NCBI GenBank assembly: GCA_011109175.1
Contig: RDEW01000050.1
Span: 26,694 to 90,693 of the forward strand
Direction of reading: 5' to 3'
DNA length: 64,000 nt
Source: Dicyema japonicum
Lineage: Eukaryota > Animalia > Dicyemida
The notes below the pieces were generated by a model that was not told the origin of the DNA, searched no databases, and worked only from the letters and a program-made list of their open reading frames with translations. This document shows, piece after piece, positions 26,167 to 39,727 of this stretch; the stretch's first letter is position 1; the number at the start of each line of letters is the position of its first letter. The translations under genes were made by a program, and so were the position numbers.

Positions 26167-28460
26167 CCGGCTCCTGCCCAAAAGACTATGTTATTCCAAA
26201 CCTATCAAAATTGGCTATCTACGATGAGATCATCATATGTTGAGATTTAAACGCAAAACACCCATTATGGTTGACAACTTAACAGGCCGACACGAGAGGG
26301 AAGCTATTGTTATTGAAATCGGACTCCCTAACGATTCTGAACGATCCAGCGAAAAATACAAGGACCCCACTAAGAGAGACGGATCAGCTTACCTCACCGG
26401 ATTTAACACTCTGCTCAAAATTGATTGGTCAGTCCTCTACGAAACAAGAAGCGACCATAATCCAATTGTGATGAAGGTCATGAGAGAGGTCAGAGTGAGG
26501 AGAACACCTGCTAGTTATAACTAAAAAGCTGATAATTGGGAATTGTATCGCGCAATCTCTGATGATAGACTGAAGAATTGTTACTTGGTCAGCTTCAAAT
26601 CGCTAGAAAAAGCGATCAAATACTTTACTTGCACAATCCTAGAAGCAAGATCATTGGTTATTCCCAAGCATCGTCTAAACTCCTCTAATGGTCGAGGGAG
26701 GTCGGCATTGATCAAAGAAATAAATCACCTCAAAAAATCTAATTGGATCACATTAAAAACGAAACTCCGATCAGAGCTCTAAACAATGAAATAAACTTCA
26801 GAGAGTTCAAGGCCCAGAAATTGAAGTGGAATCGGATTCTTACAAAGGTAAATCACAACCGTAGTACCGGAGAAGTATGGAAACCCATCCGAAATGTTGC
26901 AAAGGGAGAAGAAACTTCCCGAGGATGACTATACTCAACGAGACGTTAACAATTTGATAAAATTCTACACAAAAATTTCGTACAAGGAACACAGGAAGTC
27001 GGAAGTGCTTCTCTCTTCATGGAGAAAACTGAAGAAGGATTCTAACCCAGTTTACTTCTCGGATGAAGACGTGAAGAATGTGCTACATTTTACAAGAACA
27101 ACGTACTCTGCCGGTCCCGACAACATTCCAGTAGTGTTATTGAAGAACCTTGGATATATTGGAGTCGGTTTTCTAACGTCGGTGTATAACTATTCAATTA
27201 ATTGCAATGTAATACCGTTGTTATGGATGCAAGCCAACATCCGACCTATACTGAAACCTGGAAAACCTAAGGAAGATCCGGCATCATTTAGACCTGTGTC
27301 ATTGTTATGTTCTATATCGAAAATCCTGGAAAGGCTTGTGCTTGGGAGAATCAAGGCTTTCTTACCAGAAAAGGATTTTAACACGGATTCAAGAGCGATT
27401 GTTCTACATCAACGTACATATGAGAAATTAACCAACTTCATTAGAGATGGTTTTTAAAACAAACCAAGGCATTTGAAGACAGTCTTATGTTCCATTGATA
27501 TTAACAAGGCCTTTGATTCTATTTCGAGAAAAATATTATCAAAGAAAATTTTCCAGTCCGAGATCCCGTGGAAGCTTAAACTTTGGATAACAAATTTCTT
27601 AAGGGGACGCCTCGGAGGACTGAAATCAGTCTCACGTCTTCTCCCAAACGGTGTCCCCCAAGGATCTCCTTTATCCCCCGCCTTATTCAATTTATACCTG
27701 GCAGACCTCCCGACACCGGAATCCAATAACGATGTTCTACTCTCATATGCGGACGACATTGTTTTGGCCTCGCGTGATCGGGATATCCAAAATGCTACAG
27801 AAAGATTACAAATTAACCTGGACCGACTCAACACCTGGGTAATGAAGATCCGACTCACGATAAATTCCAGAAAGTCGGTCACGTCTATGTTTACTTCGGA
27901 CAAAATGTTGGGAAGATGACTGTCAAGTTAAAATTGGACAACATTGAAATCCCCTTCACCAAATGTCAGAAGATCCTAAGCGTGACACTGGATACACACT
28001 TATGTTTGTCACCACACGTGGCAAACATTGTTCTGAAGTGCGAGAAGAGGATTAATGTATTAAAATGTTTATCTGGAATATGGAGACAGGTACCCACCCG
28101 GTCTTGATGAACATTTACAAGCAATACATCGAACATGCTTCTCGTACGCGTGTGCTTCGTGGGGACCTTTATTATCATGGACGAACACTAAGAAAATCGA
28201 GGACGTTCAAAAGAAGGCTTTCAGAATGACGGAGCGGTGGTCTTGTGGGAGACACAGAAGCGGACCGACTACTCTGGAGGCCCTCATTAAACAAAACTCC
28301 GGCATGCGGGAAGGTGGCCCTGCAAATACAGTCAGCCGCCCTGTACGAGCTTGTGTGGGTACGAGGGAGGAGCACCGGAAAAGAATGAGGATTTTGGCGG
28401 AGCGCATCGGGATCACGTGATAGTTAGTTGGTTTTACCGTGGTCTTGGGTGTTAAATAAA
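26167..28460 (+). mobile_element. Non-LTR retrotransposon family B (APE plus RT plus 3' end), frameshifted
   Basis: RSDHNP, SAGPDNIP, FRPVSLL, IDINKAFD, GVPQGSPLSPALF and YADD motifs; ends gttaaataaataa. Confidence 0.93.
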
Positions 28461-28619
28461 TAATTAAATTAACTATTGGTGTTCTTGTTAATTGAGAACT
28501 CTTTATTTCTTTCTCTTTGACCCAGTGATCCTGGAGGTAATAATAATATTGGTGTTGTTGGGTTTATAATATTAATAATTCAATATGGTAAGTGGTATAA
28601 AATAAATTATTTTAGATTG

Positions 28620-29933
28620 AAATCTACTTTACATTTGAAACTTGTGCCTGTCGGAATTCATGTTTGGACACTTGAGGCTGATATACTTTATTCAAAAACA
28701 ATAAGGATATACATTGTTTGTCGTAGATCGAAACTTCATATGGATTAAAAAAGGCAATCAATGTCATTGCGGATAAATTACACAAAACTACAGCAAAAGA
28801 TTTTCTATTGAAATTTCGTGAAGATTTGACTTTTGGATTATTGGCAATGGTAATTTAATCAACTGATTTTAAGATGAAGAATGTTTACTAGAACAATCAA
28901 CCGCAGAAAAACCATATAAACATCTGATAATTGGAATTGCATGCAGACTCATCGTCCTTTCAATAATTGGAGTCGTTATTACTCATTATTAGGGCGAACT
29001 AAGTTAAAAAAGTTAAAATTTAATAATAGTACCAAACTAAAGCTAAGGCCATTGTAAAGTATTATCCTAAAGAATTTATGATTCTTGAGGATGGTGCGCT
29101 ATATTGTCGACTCTGTTTGTGTAATATGAAATGCGAGAAAAGGCAAAAAAAGCCATTTTGTAAATTCCCATCAAAATTTATTTTGATGAAAATACATATA
29201 ACAATTATTTTTTCTAGATAATCTGACCGAATTGCACCAAACACACATTGACCAATATTCCAAAAATGATGATTGGGCTCTACAAGTAACCAGAGCATTT
29301 ATAAAGTCTGATATTCTAGTAAACAATCTATCTATGGCGTGGCTTAGAGAATTGTTTTACGGAGTTTATGTGACCTTATCTGAAGCTATTCGAACATTCC
29401 AGGTTTCCGAATAATGTCGCTATTGCAGATATTATCACCAAAGTACACGCTTCAGAATTGAACAAGCATGTGATAGTTTAGAATCGTTGGAATTTGGAAA
29501 TGACAACAAATTTATTAAAGAATACATAAATAAAAGGCTTCAAAAAATGATATTTCAAACATAACTAAAATGACTAATTCACACATATCTCTTGCCAAGT
29601 ATTCATTACTGAATTGTTAGCCAACTTAGTGCTCGGTTGAACAATGTTTTTCTGAGATAAAGAATTTTCTTAGATCCAAAAGACATTTTCTACCAGGAAA
29701 TTTAGAAAATTATGTAATTTGTGTGTGTAACAAAAAATTTTAGTGTTTTTATTGTTAGTTATAAAGTTAAATTTTTGGGTTAATTTTTTTAGTTTTTAAA
29801 TTAATAAAGTTAATTTTTTAGGTATAATTTTTTATTTTTTAGGTTAAAAAAATTCGCCATACTCTTTATATCAAATTAAAATTGCATCTGGATCCATACA
29901 TGAGCAGCATACCACTGCTTTAGTTAAAATAAT
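28620..29933 (+). pseudogene. Paralog of the 12640-13068 membrane protein gene, interrupted by hAT and followed by MULE
   Basis: Shared cgaaactt..atggattaaa, cattgcgga.taattacacaaaactac and agcagcatacca.cgctttagttaa segments. Confidence 0.6.
28990..29861 (+). mobile_element. Non-autonomous hAT element (CGGBP1-like Zn finger plus dimerisation remnant)
   Basis: Imperfect TIR TAGGGCGAACT / AATTCGCCATA; 8-bp TSD ctcattat / ctctttat; LYCRLC and SVEQCFS...NLENYV remnants. Confidence 0.8.
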
Positions 29934-30786
29934 GGTACTAGGATATTTGGCCGACAGATATTAGGCCGATAGACATTTGGCCGACACACATTTAGCCGAC
30001 GCCCCTACGGTACTTGTACATTTGGCCGATTAGGTTTTCAGTTATACTCTATACATGTTACATTATGTGAAACATGTACGGTTCCATTAGTGTACGCTAT
30101 TGTTCGAGATAAATCACAACAAATGTATACACAAATATTTTCTACTTTCACTTTGGGCAGTGTTTATGGCAAAAATACAAAATCTAGGACTGCAGGCATG
30201 GTGTAATGACCCAGCAAATGCAAACTTAATTGAAAGTATTTAAGCACTGGCATTTGTTCCTGTACCTCAAGTCATTGAGAGTTTCCGAGCACTCCTTGGA
30301 GATATTCTGACCTTTTTTGAGACAACATGGATCGGAGCCTTGCGACGTGGAAGGAGAAGACCATTGTTTATTTTGGAAACGTGGAATGTACACGACAGAC
30401 AGGCAGAAGGCTTCCCAAAAACTACGAATTCACTTGAAGGATGGCACAGATCTTTTTCACAAAGAGTGTTTATAAAACATCCAACCGTTTGTCGGCTTGT
30501 TGCAAAAATACGAAAAGAACAGTCGGAGTGGGAGTTTACAGTAGAACAAGTGATGGCCGGAATAACAATAAGACAAGTAAAGAAGTACCAGGATATAAAC
30601 AAAAGGATAAACAGTATTATTGAAAAATATGATGACTACACTCCAGTAGAATTTTTGACTGCTCTTTCTCATAAGCTTTAAGTAAATGTTTTTATCTTGA
30701 ATTTTATCTCTGAAATTTAAAACCAGAATTTCCTGTCGGCTAAACGTTTAACGGCCTAATATCTGTCGGCCAAATGTCCGGACACC
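29934..30786 (+). mobile_element. Internally deleted MULE (Mutator-like) DNA transposon
   Basis: About 50-bp TIRs built from atttggccgac repeats; exact 8-bp TSD aaaataat at 29926-29933 and 30787-30794; WNVH...TTNSLEGWH...HP transposase C-terminus. Confidence 0.9.
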
Positions 30787-30959
30787 AAAATAATTGGGAT
30801 TCATATTTTTTCTAAATTGGTAAAATTTAGTTAAGTTTTATATTTTCTTAAATTGAATTATAAAAAAATATCATAAGTTGTTTTAACTGTGAATTACTAA
30901 AGATTGCGTTGAAAACGCTAATGTAATGGCAAAATGACTAAGGCCTGAAAAAGCTGTCT

Positions 30960-31190
30960 AATAATCTAATACCTGAGAGGGATATCAATAGGATTCCTAT
31001 AGAGGTCAACCCACCTTTTTTCAAATCTTAATGAAAGGTGATTGTCGTCGATACAGGAAAGCCGTGGATACTTTGGAGGAACACGAGAAAATCCTCTCGA
31101 TCCTTTTGAGATGTACCAGGATCACTTAATTAGTTGGTTTTCTTCTTTCTTGGTGTTCCCTTCTCGGGGTTATTAATTAAATAAATAATA
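30960..31190 (+). mobile_element. 3' end of retroelement family C
   Basis: gatcacttaattagttggttt...ttggtgttccctt.tcggggtta is shared with 61870-61990. Confidence 0.6.
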
Positions 31191-31523
31191 TCATTTAGTG
31201 GTATTTATAATCTTTTGAATAATCAAAATATTATGAAACTTTGATAATTGCATAATAAAAAAATTTTTTGACTATTTAATTTTTAAATCGTCGATCAATC
31301 GCCCTTAGTCTGCATTTTAACATTTTTATGGTGGACTCCCTACACTCCATATTGAGAAACGGGTGCTTTCATAAAAATGCTCTAAGAATGCATTAGGTTG
31401 GTCAGTAATGAGAGATCTGAATATATTTCTCCAAAGAATAACACTATTCGTATTTCCAATATGAAGGAATTATATTCGGTATTTTGTTTGACGTGAAAAG
31501 AGTAATAACAGACTTTTCATCCT

Positions 31524-33085
31524 ATAACGCTGGAAGAAATAAATGCTGCAATTAAGGGTTGCAAAAATAAAGCACCAGGGTGGGATTTTATCCCAATGAG
31601 TATTTTCAAGAACGCAGGCCCAATTTTAATTGAGTGCCTAAAAATATTATATAATTCTTCTTGGAGTTTTGGTCATGTTCCAGCTTATTGGAAACGAACA
31701 ATTGTACGCATGGTTGTGAAAAAAGGAAAGCCAAGGTCAAAAGCAGATAGGCCAATTAGCCTAGTCTGCTCAATATCGAAAGTTATGGAAAAAATTGTTT
31801 TCAATCGTCTATCAAGGCATGTTGAGGATAATAATTTTCTCTCTGATAATCAACTGGGATTTCGGCATAAAAAAGGGACTGGAGATTGCTTTAAAGAGCT
31901 AAGATCTGCAATCGAAATTTCACAAATAAAAAGGAATTTCTTACAATAGCATGTTTGGATATAACAAAAGCGTTTGACAGTGTTTGGACTTTGGACTTCT
32001 TGATACGTTGTCAGTTGTTTTCAAAACTGCGTTATTATGGATAGAAAACTTTCTTTCAAAAAGAAAGTCATATATATGTGTTGGAAATTTAATTTCAAAG
32101 AAAATTGAATTGCGAAGAGGAGTTCCACAGGGTTCAATTCTCAGCCCGCTACTCTTCAATTGCGTAATGAGAGATTTGCCGAAAACAGAGAGCGTAAATA
32201 GTCAAATGATTATTTATGCTGATGACATTCTTGTGCTTGATTCAAGCATGAATAAACAAATTTCATGGAAAAGGGTGGAATCACCATATTACTAAGATTG
32301 GAAAGTGGTACCAAAACAATGGGTTGACTCTATCGAGGGAAAAACAACAGTCACTTGGATTGCAAGTAAAAGAAAAAATATTAATCAATGTGTGAATACT
32401 GGGGATATAAAAATCTCTGAAACATTGAAGTATCTCGGATTGTTGATAGATCGAAGAGGATCTTTCAAGGAACATATTAAAACACGAAGAAAGAAAGCTA
32501 AAGGAATGTTGAAATCTTTAATTCGATTTCATTTGGAGCCTGAAACTTTTCTTTTTGTGTATTCGGCGTGTGTTGAACCATTCTTGATATATGGTTATCA
32601 AGGATGGTTTAGAACAAAAGAAAGTGATGTCTTTGTCAAAAAATTGGAAAAGTCCAGAAGATTTGCGATTAAATTCACCTGAAAGTCAGAAAGATAGAAA
32701 AATTATTACATCACTTATGGAAAATGTGATGTAATTTTTGGGGTCCAAACGAAGTAGAGACATGTGGTGTCTCATAAAATGACCATACACAATGAATACA
32801 AACCCACTTAATTAGTTTTGGTTCAGTTTTGGGGTTTGTTAGAAAATAAAATTTGTCTTGTCTTGTCGGATTTGCTACAAAGTAACCTTATATCTCGGTT
32901 CTTTTCCTTGGGGATTTAACATCTCTACTTTACTCCTGGATTTTACTTTTCTATTTTCCTTGGGGATTTAACTTATCTCTATTTTGTTTCTCTTGAGACA
33001 AAACTTTGTGGTTGTTAATGTTTTCAAGTGATAAATTTGTCTCTTCAACCCGGACGGTATCAACGCCCCGGGTTCTTATGACATA
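31524..33085 (+). mobile_element. 5'-truncated copy of LINE family A
   Basis: Near-identical to 10460-12100; GVPQGSILSP and YADD motifs. Confidence 0.93.
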
Positions 33086-33109
33086 CGACAATAATTAATT
33101 AAAAATTCA

Positions 33110-33545
33110 AAAGTGCGAGAAGAGGATCAATGTATTAAAATGTTTATCTTGAATATGGTACCCAATCGGTCTTGATGAACATTTACAAGCAATACATCGA
33201 ACCATGCTTCTCGTACGCGTGTGCTTCGTGGGGACCTTCATTATCATGGACGAAAACTAAGAAAATCGAGGACGTTCAAAAGAAGGCTTTCAGAATGACG
33301 GAGCGGTGGTCTTGTGGGAGACATAGAACCGGACCGACTACTCTGGAGGCCCTCATTAAACAAAACTCCGGCATGCGGGAAGGTGGCCCTGCAAATACAG
33401 TCAGCCGCCCTGTACGAGCTTGTGTGGGTACGAGGGAGGAGCATCGGGAAAGAATGAGGATTTTGGCGGAGCGCATCGGGATCACGTGATAGCTAGTTGG
33501 TTTTACCGTGGTCTTGGGTGTTAAATAAATAAAAATAAATAAAAT
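33110..33545 (+). mobile_element. 5'-truncated copy of LINE family B (3' end)
   Basis: Near-identical to 28035-28460. Confidence 0.9.
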
Positions 33546-33550
33546 TTTAT

Positions 33551-33622
33551 TCTGAAATCTGCCAATTCTCAAATTTGCCACAATTTCGCTGGAACCAAAA
33601 ATGGCAAATTTGAGAGAGTTTA
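33551..33622. repeat. About 72-bp hairpin dispersed repeat (copy 2, inverted)
   Basis: Perfect 13-bp stem ctcaaatttgcca / tggcaaatttgag. Confidence 0.75.
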
Positions 33623-34439
33623 TTTATCATCTCCTAGAGGTATTAATAATTTATATACTCAAAGAGCTTTCAGGAGATTCAAAAATAATTAAAATATGAC
33701 GTGCAAGATAATCTTAAATATAATAAAGTGAGTATCATTGATAATGACAGGCAAAATGACAGGTGATGGTAACCAATCTAGCATGTCACATATGTTCGGA
33801 AGGCAGAGAAACTCACAGAGGAATCACCTTCTTACAGACAGGTATTAATCCTATGGGCAGTTTCAAGAATTCTCTAAAGCAGTATTTCTCAACAAAGGGC
33901 GATTCGAACCTCAGGGGGAAATTTTTCAAAACGCAAGCATCCTCGATCACTAGGAAAATATATTAAATTTTTTTAAAAGTCAAATGCAAAACTATAAAAA
34001 ATAAAAATAACTTTATTAGTACCTACAAATCCTCAAATATTAAGGGTTTGTGTATTCATACAAAGTTGGAGAAATTGTTATTTTAAAAGTCATTGAAAAT
34101 CGACACAACAGGATTTCCTTCTTTCAACGAATTTGAATCATACCTCAATACTCATATGGTCATGATCGGAAAATATCGTGATTTATGTATTTTTAAAAAT
34201 TTAAAAGTTTGCGCTAAATGTCTGTAGTAAAAAGTATATTGGTTTTAAAGCAGAAAATTGTTGAAAATTTTTTAATTTTAATATTATCGTCGTATGTACT
34301 CACATTCCGGAATTTGCTCCCATATTCCTCGAAAACCCAATATGAAGTGTGAAAAATTATATTTATTACATGTTATTTCTAGGCCCTGTTCCTCGCGGGG
34401 CCTTTTACGTGCTTATGGCAACGCGGGAGTGCTATTAAC

Positions 34440-35270
34440 TTATTTCTAGGTGAGTTGTCTCTCACCGAATTATTATGAGGGGAAATAATTATCTACATGG
34501 TGGGGCTGATACAAAAAAGGCTAAGAAAGACTTCTCTAAAGGATTGTCCCCCATTTTATTCGAGAAGACATCCAAGTGTCTGGCCTTCAACAAGTGTTCC
34601 GAGCAAACCATTCAACTTCCACACACTTTACAACCCTCTCCCAATTTATTTCAGGATTCAACGCGCCAAAGTCACATTTAAAGACTGTTCTTGTTTGAAG
34701 GCGTTGACAGTTAATTCGCAACAACGTGAAATCAAGGACATGATTTCTCTCAATGGAATGCCCCAAGGATCCTCACTATCTCCAACACTTCAATTTGTAT
34801 ATACACGACATGCCAAAACCCACATGCGGACGACATACTCATTGCTGCAAGGGATTACCCAGTCCCCACTCAAATGGTTCAGAGAATGCTCAATTCCTTA
34901 ACCCAATGATTGGAGAACTATGCTTGGAGGTGACAAAATCATTAGTGACCCTCTTTACATCTTGCTGATAACATTATATAAGGAAGCCTAAGACCACGAC
35001 GTGACATTCCTTTTTACAGCCACATCAACCATCCTGGAAGTGATAAGAGGTATCTAGACAGTTAAGAGTGGATAGGAAGCTCCAGGCCTACCTACAGTTC
35101 ACTGGGGAGCCACAGTGGAGTATAAGAGGCAGAGGGCTCAATTAGACAATAAGCTCTCGTAGCTGTTCTATTAATCAGAATCAAACCTTTTTGAAGGGAC
35201 TGAAGAACAGTCAGGAGGAAGATCATTAATGGTTAAATATTGACTTTTTTGGTTGGTTAAATAAATATTA
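34440..35270 (+). mobile_element. Decayed LINE RT fragment
   Basis: GMPQGSSLSPTL-FNLYIHDMP motif; ends ggttaaataaa. Confidence 0.65.
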
Positions 35271-35293
35271 ATTAATAAAAATAAGATTAATAA

Positions 35294-36034
35294 ATGAGCA
35301 GATTTCTAAAGTTATTTTCCTGTGTGACAAAAATGCGTATAATTATATAATTAGAAATATCCGACCAGTCTAAACTTTGCATACTTCCAAGTAAACGAGG
35401 GTATTCAATGTAGAATTTCTCAATAAAGACACAAAGTGGATAAAATCAAAAGCCATTGAAGGTAACGAACCTAAGACCTATCTCACTGATGGAGAAACAG
35501 TGTTCGAATTAGTCAAATTCTCTGACCCGAATAGCAGCATTTTCATGGACGACTATATTTTAGAGGGTTTTACTATTACTTACGTTCAGATCCAAGTTTA
35601 GTTTTCTTTACACCAGTCGATCCACTGTTTGTCCTTCTTCCGTATTTGTGTTCATCACCACAGTCTGAAGTAAGGATTCCTCCCACAGATTTGGAGGGAC
35701 TTGTTGATTACAACTTCAAACAACTGTCCCACGTGGGCGATGTTAAATGTTTTGTTTTTATAGTCAATTTCAGTAAGGAATGGTGTTTTTGTACTTTTAA
35801 TGAGTTAAAAACTCTGAACTGGTTGGAAAAGAAGACTAAAAGATGTGTTTTATCGTTAAAAGAGGAAATATCTGTTATAGACCCTTTATATTCTGCAGTC
35901 GACTTGATTGGAAGATATATTTCCAATGATATGGAGAATAAACTGAAAATAAAGATGGGAATTTATGATATTTTAATAAAAATGGGAAACGTATAAACTA
36001 TAAACCACTTACTCACTTTTTTAAAAAAATATGA
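35294..36034 (+). CDS. RNASEH2B: Ribonuclease H2 subunit B (compact)
   Basis: Spliced product has VFELVKF...FLTPVDPLFVLLPYL, KTLNWLEKK and AVDLIGRYI. A PIP-box-like KPLTHFFK ends at TGA 36032-36034 but needs a 1-nt shift near 35970. Confidence 0.8.
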
Positions 36035-36079
36035 TATTTTACTTATTTACTTTATTCTAAGGAAATTTCACAACTCAAG

Positions 36080-39000
36080 AATTACTACTTTTGTGAGAGT
36101 TTTGCGGATATTGCAACGCGAGAAATTACGGTTTGAATTGTACATCTTGCACGAGATATTTCCAATTCGGGTGTGTCCGACTGTCGAAATTGGCTGCGAG
36201 GTCTTTTTACAAATTGGACTGCGAATACTGTATGGATTCCGACCCCGTTCGCTGCTGTTATCTGACTGAATTCAGTCATCCCTTTTATTCTGGACAAATC
36301 GAACCATTTTTGCTAGGCCTATCGGAGAGTCGGAAAGGTAGACGTATTCCTCTGAGAATACCAAAGGCCGCTCGAATTCTCGCTGCTGAATGCCTCACGT
36401 CATTAATTGATAAAGCCATCAGCATCAGCGACCAGGCCTCTTGGATACGTCTACTAAGCTTTGCATCTATGACCCTTGGAATTTCTGCCTCAGAGCAAGC
36501 TCGCAACGGAACACTGGCCTCAAAAATCAAGAATACTTCTGCCTTTTTGGCCACTTCAACGCAGCAAAACTCTGGAATCGAGCCTGAGAAGTATTTCGGT
36601 GCAAACAGTTGTCTACAGAAGCTGGTAGTAAACAGGAAGATTCTAAAGCATTTCGAGAGAGAGAGAGAGAGAGAGAGTCAACCGAAAACTAATGAAAAGG
36701 GACTTTCGCGCAGCTGAAAGAGTGGTGTCTTGTGACGAAACGCTGTTGAAGCCGTGAAGTCTTGGAGTTATTGAGAAGGAAGCACCCTACTCCACCACCG
36801 AACCAGCGGAACTTGACAAAGCCAGAAATTTACTCCTACGGAATTTGAAGTAGTGCGTGGAATAAAGTCTTTTGCACCCAGTAGCTGCGGACGCCTGGAC
36901 GGACTGCGCCCAACTCATATAAAGGACTTAACCTCTGAAGCTACTGCTGAAGCAGGCCGTACCTTGTTCAACGTCTATCACCTTGCTGCTCACTCGAATA
37001 GTTAATGGTGATATTCCACGGAAAATCACTCGTCTGGGACGCAACGTGTGTGGAGATCTTCTTTTTTGTGGACATCTATTGGCATTCCGAAAAAGAGATG
37101 AAGGTGTCCGCCCAATTGCGATCGGCATTCCGAAAAGGAGATGAAGGTGTCCGCCCAATACATACTTTCGAAAGCTTGCTGCTAAAATCGCTTCCCGGAG
37201 AGTCTCCCACAATGTTGCTGAAGAGCTGTTCCCGACTCAACTTGGGGTGGGAGTGACCGGTGGTTGCAAGGCAGCAGTCCACGCCGCGAGGAGTTCAACA
37301 ACATTAATTCCCAGACCCAAAGGCTAGGCCTGAAGTTTAATATATCAGATGCCTTCAACACGCTGAGGAGAGACTGTATTTTGGAAACCTGTTGGAAGAG
37401 AGGTTCAGAGATTGGCCGGCTTGTACACTTATCGTATGGGACGGACTCAGTTTTAGTTTACGAAAACGATATCGTTTATTCGCGCACAGGCGTTCAGCAG
37501 GAGACTCTCTAGGACCTTTGCTTTTTTCAATGACAATTGACACAGTGGCACGAAACATGTAGTACTTGGACTACGCTACAATAGCTGGCCCATGGGAGAA
37601 CGTATATCAGGATATTTCTTCATCCATTCCAGCTCTAAACGAATTAGGTTAAGTTTCAACGTTATGAAATTGGAACTGATCAATATTTCCTGTTTGTCTC
37701 CAAACTTTTCTACTGCCTGCCAAGAATTCAGATCCCTACTTCCAGGTATCAGCATATCCTCCTTGGACAAGGTACACTTCCTTGGCTGCCCTCTCGGAAA
37801 CGACGAGCTGTAAAACTGCCTTTTGAATCATTTTGACAATACAGATATTCACAATTGTGATGATTCCTTTGTCAGTAATGAGAAGGCATTTCACAAAGGA
37901 TATGAAATTGTTGTATCTAAGGGTCGTCGTGAAGCAGATCTTAAGAGTAATGATTTTATATTTATGATGCGTCTGACTCAGTCTCGCAAAAATGAGGTCG
38001 CTGTTAGAATGCATGGGATCAAATAGTTTGGTTTACCGTGGTCATGGTTTGTTAAATAAATGCATGTAATTTGAGTTGAAGTGACCCTTCTTAACAACGG
38101 GAAGGTATAATTTGATAAAGTTTTTATATAATTTTTGAAAAGACACACAGGAGGGATATCGGTCTGAATGAGTCCTTTGGCTGTCCGGATTTCAAATCGT
38201 ATATTAGATAACTTCCATATGGATGAGATAGTTCCTATGCATAGAAAATTCTGGTGAGAGGCACGATGACCTATATTTTTTTAGTACAATTGTTGGAATA
38301 AGTTAATTTTTGAATTTGAATAGCTTTCTCCTCTATTGAAAGAACAATTGTAGTCTCTCTTGGACTTGAAAGGAACTTGTTGTGAGGTATAAAACTCACG
38401 AGGGAATAGTACCACCTTGTTTAACAACTTCCTGTTCTTCAGGTCATCGCAAGGGGATCTTTCCAGAGTTTGCTTCAAAGCACATCCACCACCTTAAAAA
38501 TAATTTTAATACTTTTGCTTGTGTCTACTTGACATGCACACAGCATTATTCCTCCTGAAAAACAGTCTCAACGTACAGAGGCTTGCATATGTCCTCCCTA
38601 TTTCACCCTGTATGACCAACTCGCACAGATTAACGATATCTTCCATACGACAGCGGAAAGTATCTTCAACGTCCGGTTCGAGGATTACTCATGGAAGCAA
38701 GTCACGCTGCCAGTGATACTCGGAGGATTTGGAATTCGGAACCCTGTGGACCTTTTTCTCCCTTCATATCTATCATCGCTAGTGGCCTGTAACTCCCATG
38801 TCAATAGAATTCTACACTCTCTACCTGAATTCTCTATTAACAAAGACGCCGGCCATGCACGTGAGGTCTGGAGCCGCACTTATCAGCTTTCCCTGCCATC
38901 CTCGTTCTCTCAACGGGGTTTGGACGATGTTATATGCTGGAATTCTTTCAAAGATTTGCTAGTGTCATTTAGCCAACATCGTCGTGCTTGTTCAGGGGCG

Positions 39001-39700
39001 TCTTCCGAGAGCAGTGCCTGGCTCAACGCCATTCCTAATGGAGTTTTGGGTACCTTTCTGGATGATGAATGCGTCCGTATCGGGATCTCATTGCGACTGG
39101 GATTAAAAGTCTGTGTTCCACATCCGTGCAGATGCGGAGACCAGATTTTGGCCTACACCCGCTCTCCTGCAGGTAGAGTGCAGGCAGATTTCACACACAT
39201 GGCCTTGAACGAAGTCGTTAGGTGAGTTTTGGACGCCGCCGGACACTCCTCCATGATCGAACCTGTTGGTCTTTACAGGCGGGACAGGAAACGACCAGAT
39301 GAGATGACAATCTTTCTTTTTGAAGCCGGGAAACCTTTTATCTGGGACGTTACCTGCACCGACACATTTGCCTCTTGCAACCTACTCCAGAGTGCCTCTG
39401 GTGCCTGTTATGCCGCTGAGAAGGCCGAGAAAATAAAACGGGGAAAGTAGGCGGTCCTACCCAGGATTTTTTGTTTGTTCCACTCGCCGTTGAGACGTCT
39501 AGTTCCCTTGCGCCTGTGAGGCTGGAATTCTTGAGTCGTCTAGGGAATCGGATCGCTACATGAACAGGAGACCCTGTTGAGAGCTGCTGGTAATTTAAGC
39601 AAATCTCGCTCGCTATCCTGAGAGGGAATAGCCACGCAGTCAGGACAGCCGCTATATAACCGTTTACTCTCTTTTCTTTAATTTGGTTAAATAAAATAAA
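36080..39700 (+). mobile_element. Near full-length but degraded CRE-clade retrotransposon (PHD-like finger, RT, RLE) with nested insertions
   Basis: RIPKAAR, DGLRPTHIKD, VRPIAIG, QLGVGVTGGC, AFNTLRR, TGVQQ, LGGFGIR, WLNAIP..LGTFLDD and RPD..WDVTCTDT motifs. Confidence 0.9.
37820..38060 (+). mobile_element. LINE 3'-end fragment inserted in the CRE element
   Basis: Ends gggatcaaatagtttggtttaccgtggtcatggtttgttaaataaa, similar to the family B 3' UTR. Confidence 0.6.
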
Positions 39701-39727
39701 AATTTTTTGTAAATAAAATTTAAAAAG

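Noticed and set aside
29940-30030. Repeated atttggccgac units as a CRISPR-like array
   Set aside because: Spacers are only a few bases and the units are mirrored at 30733-30786; they are MULE TIR subrepeats.
34381-34440. aggccctgttcctcgcggggcct as an HDV-like ribozyme
   Set aside because: It has an L3-like ttcctcg but no P2 or P1.1 pairing; a simple hairpin explains it.
36060-39720. CRE insertion into spliced-leader RNA genes
   Set aside because: No repeated SL-like exon or Sm site is recognisable in the flanks of any CRE copy.
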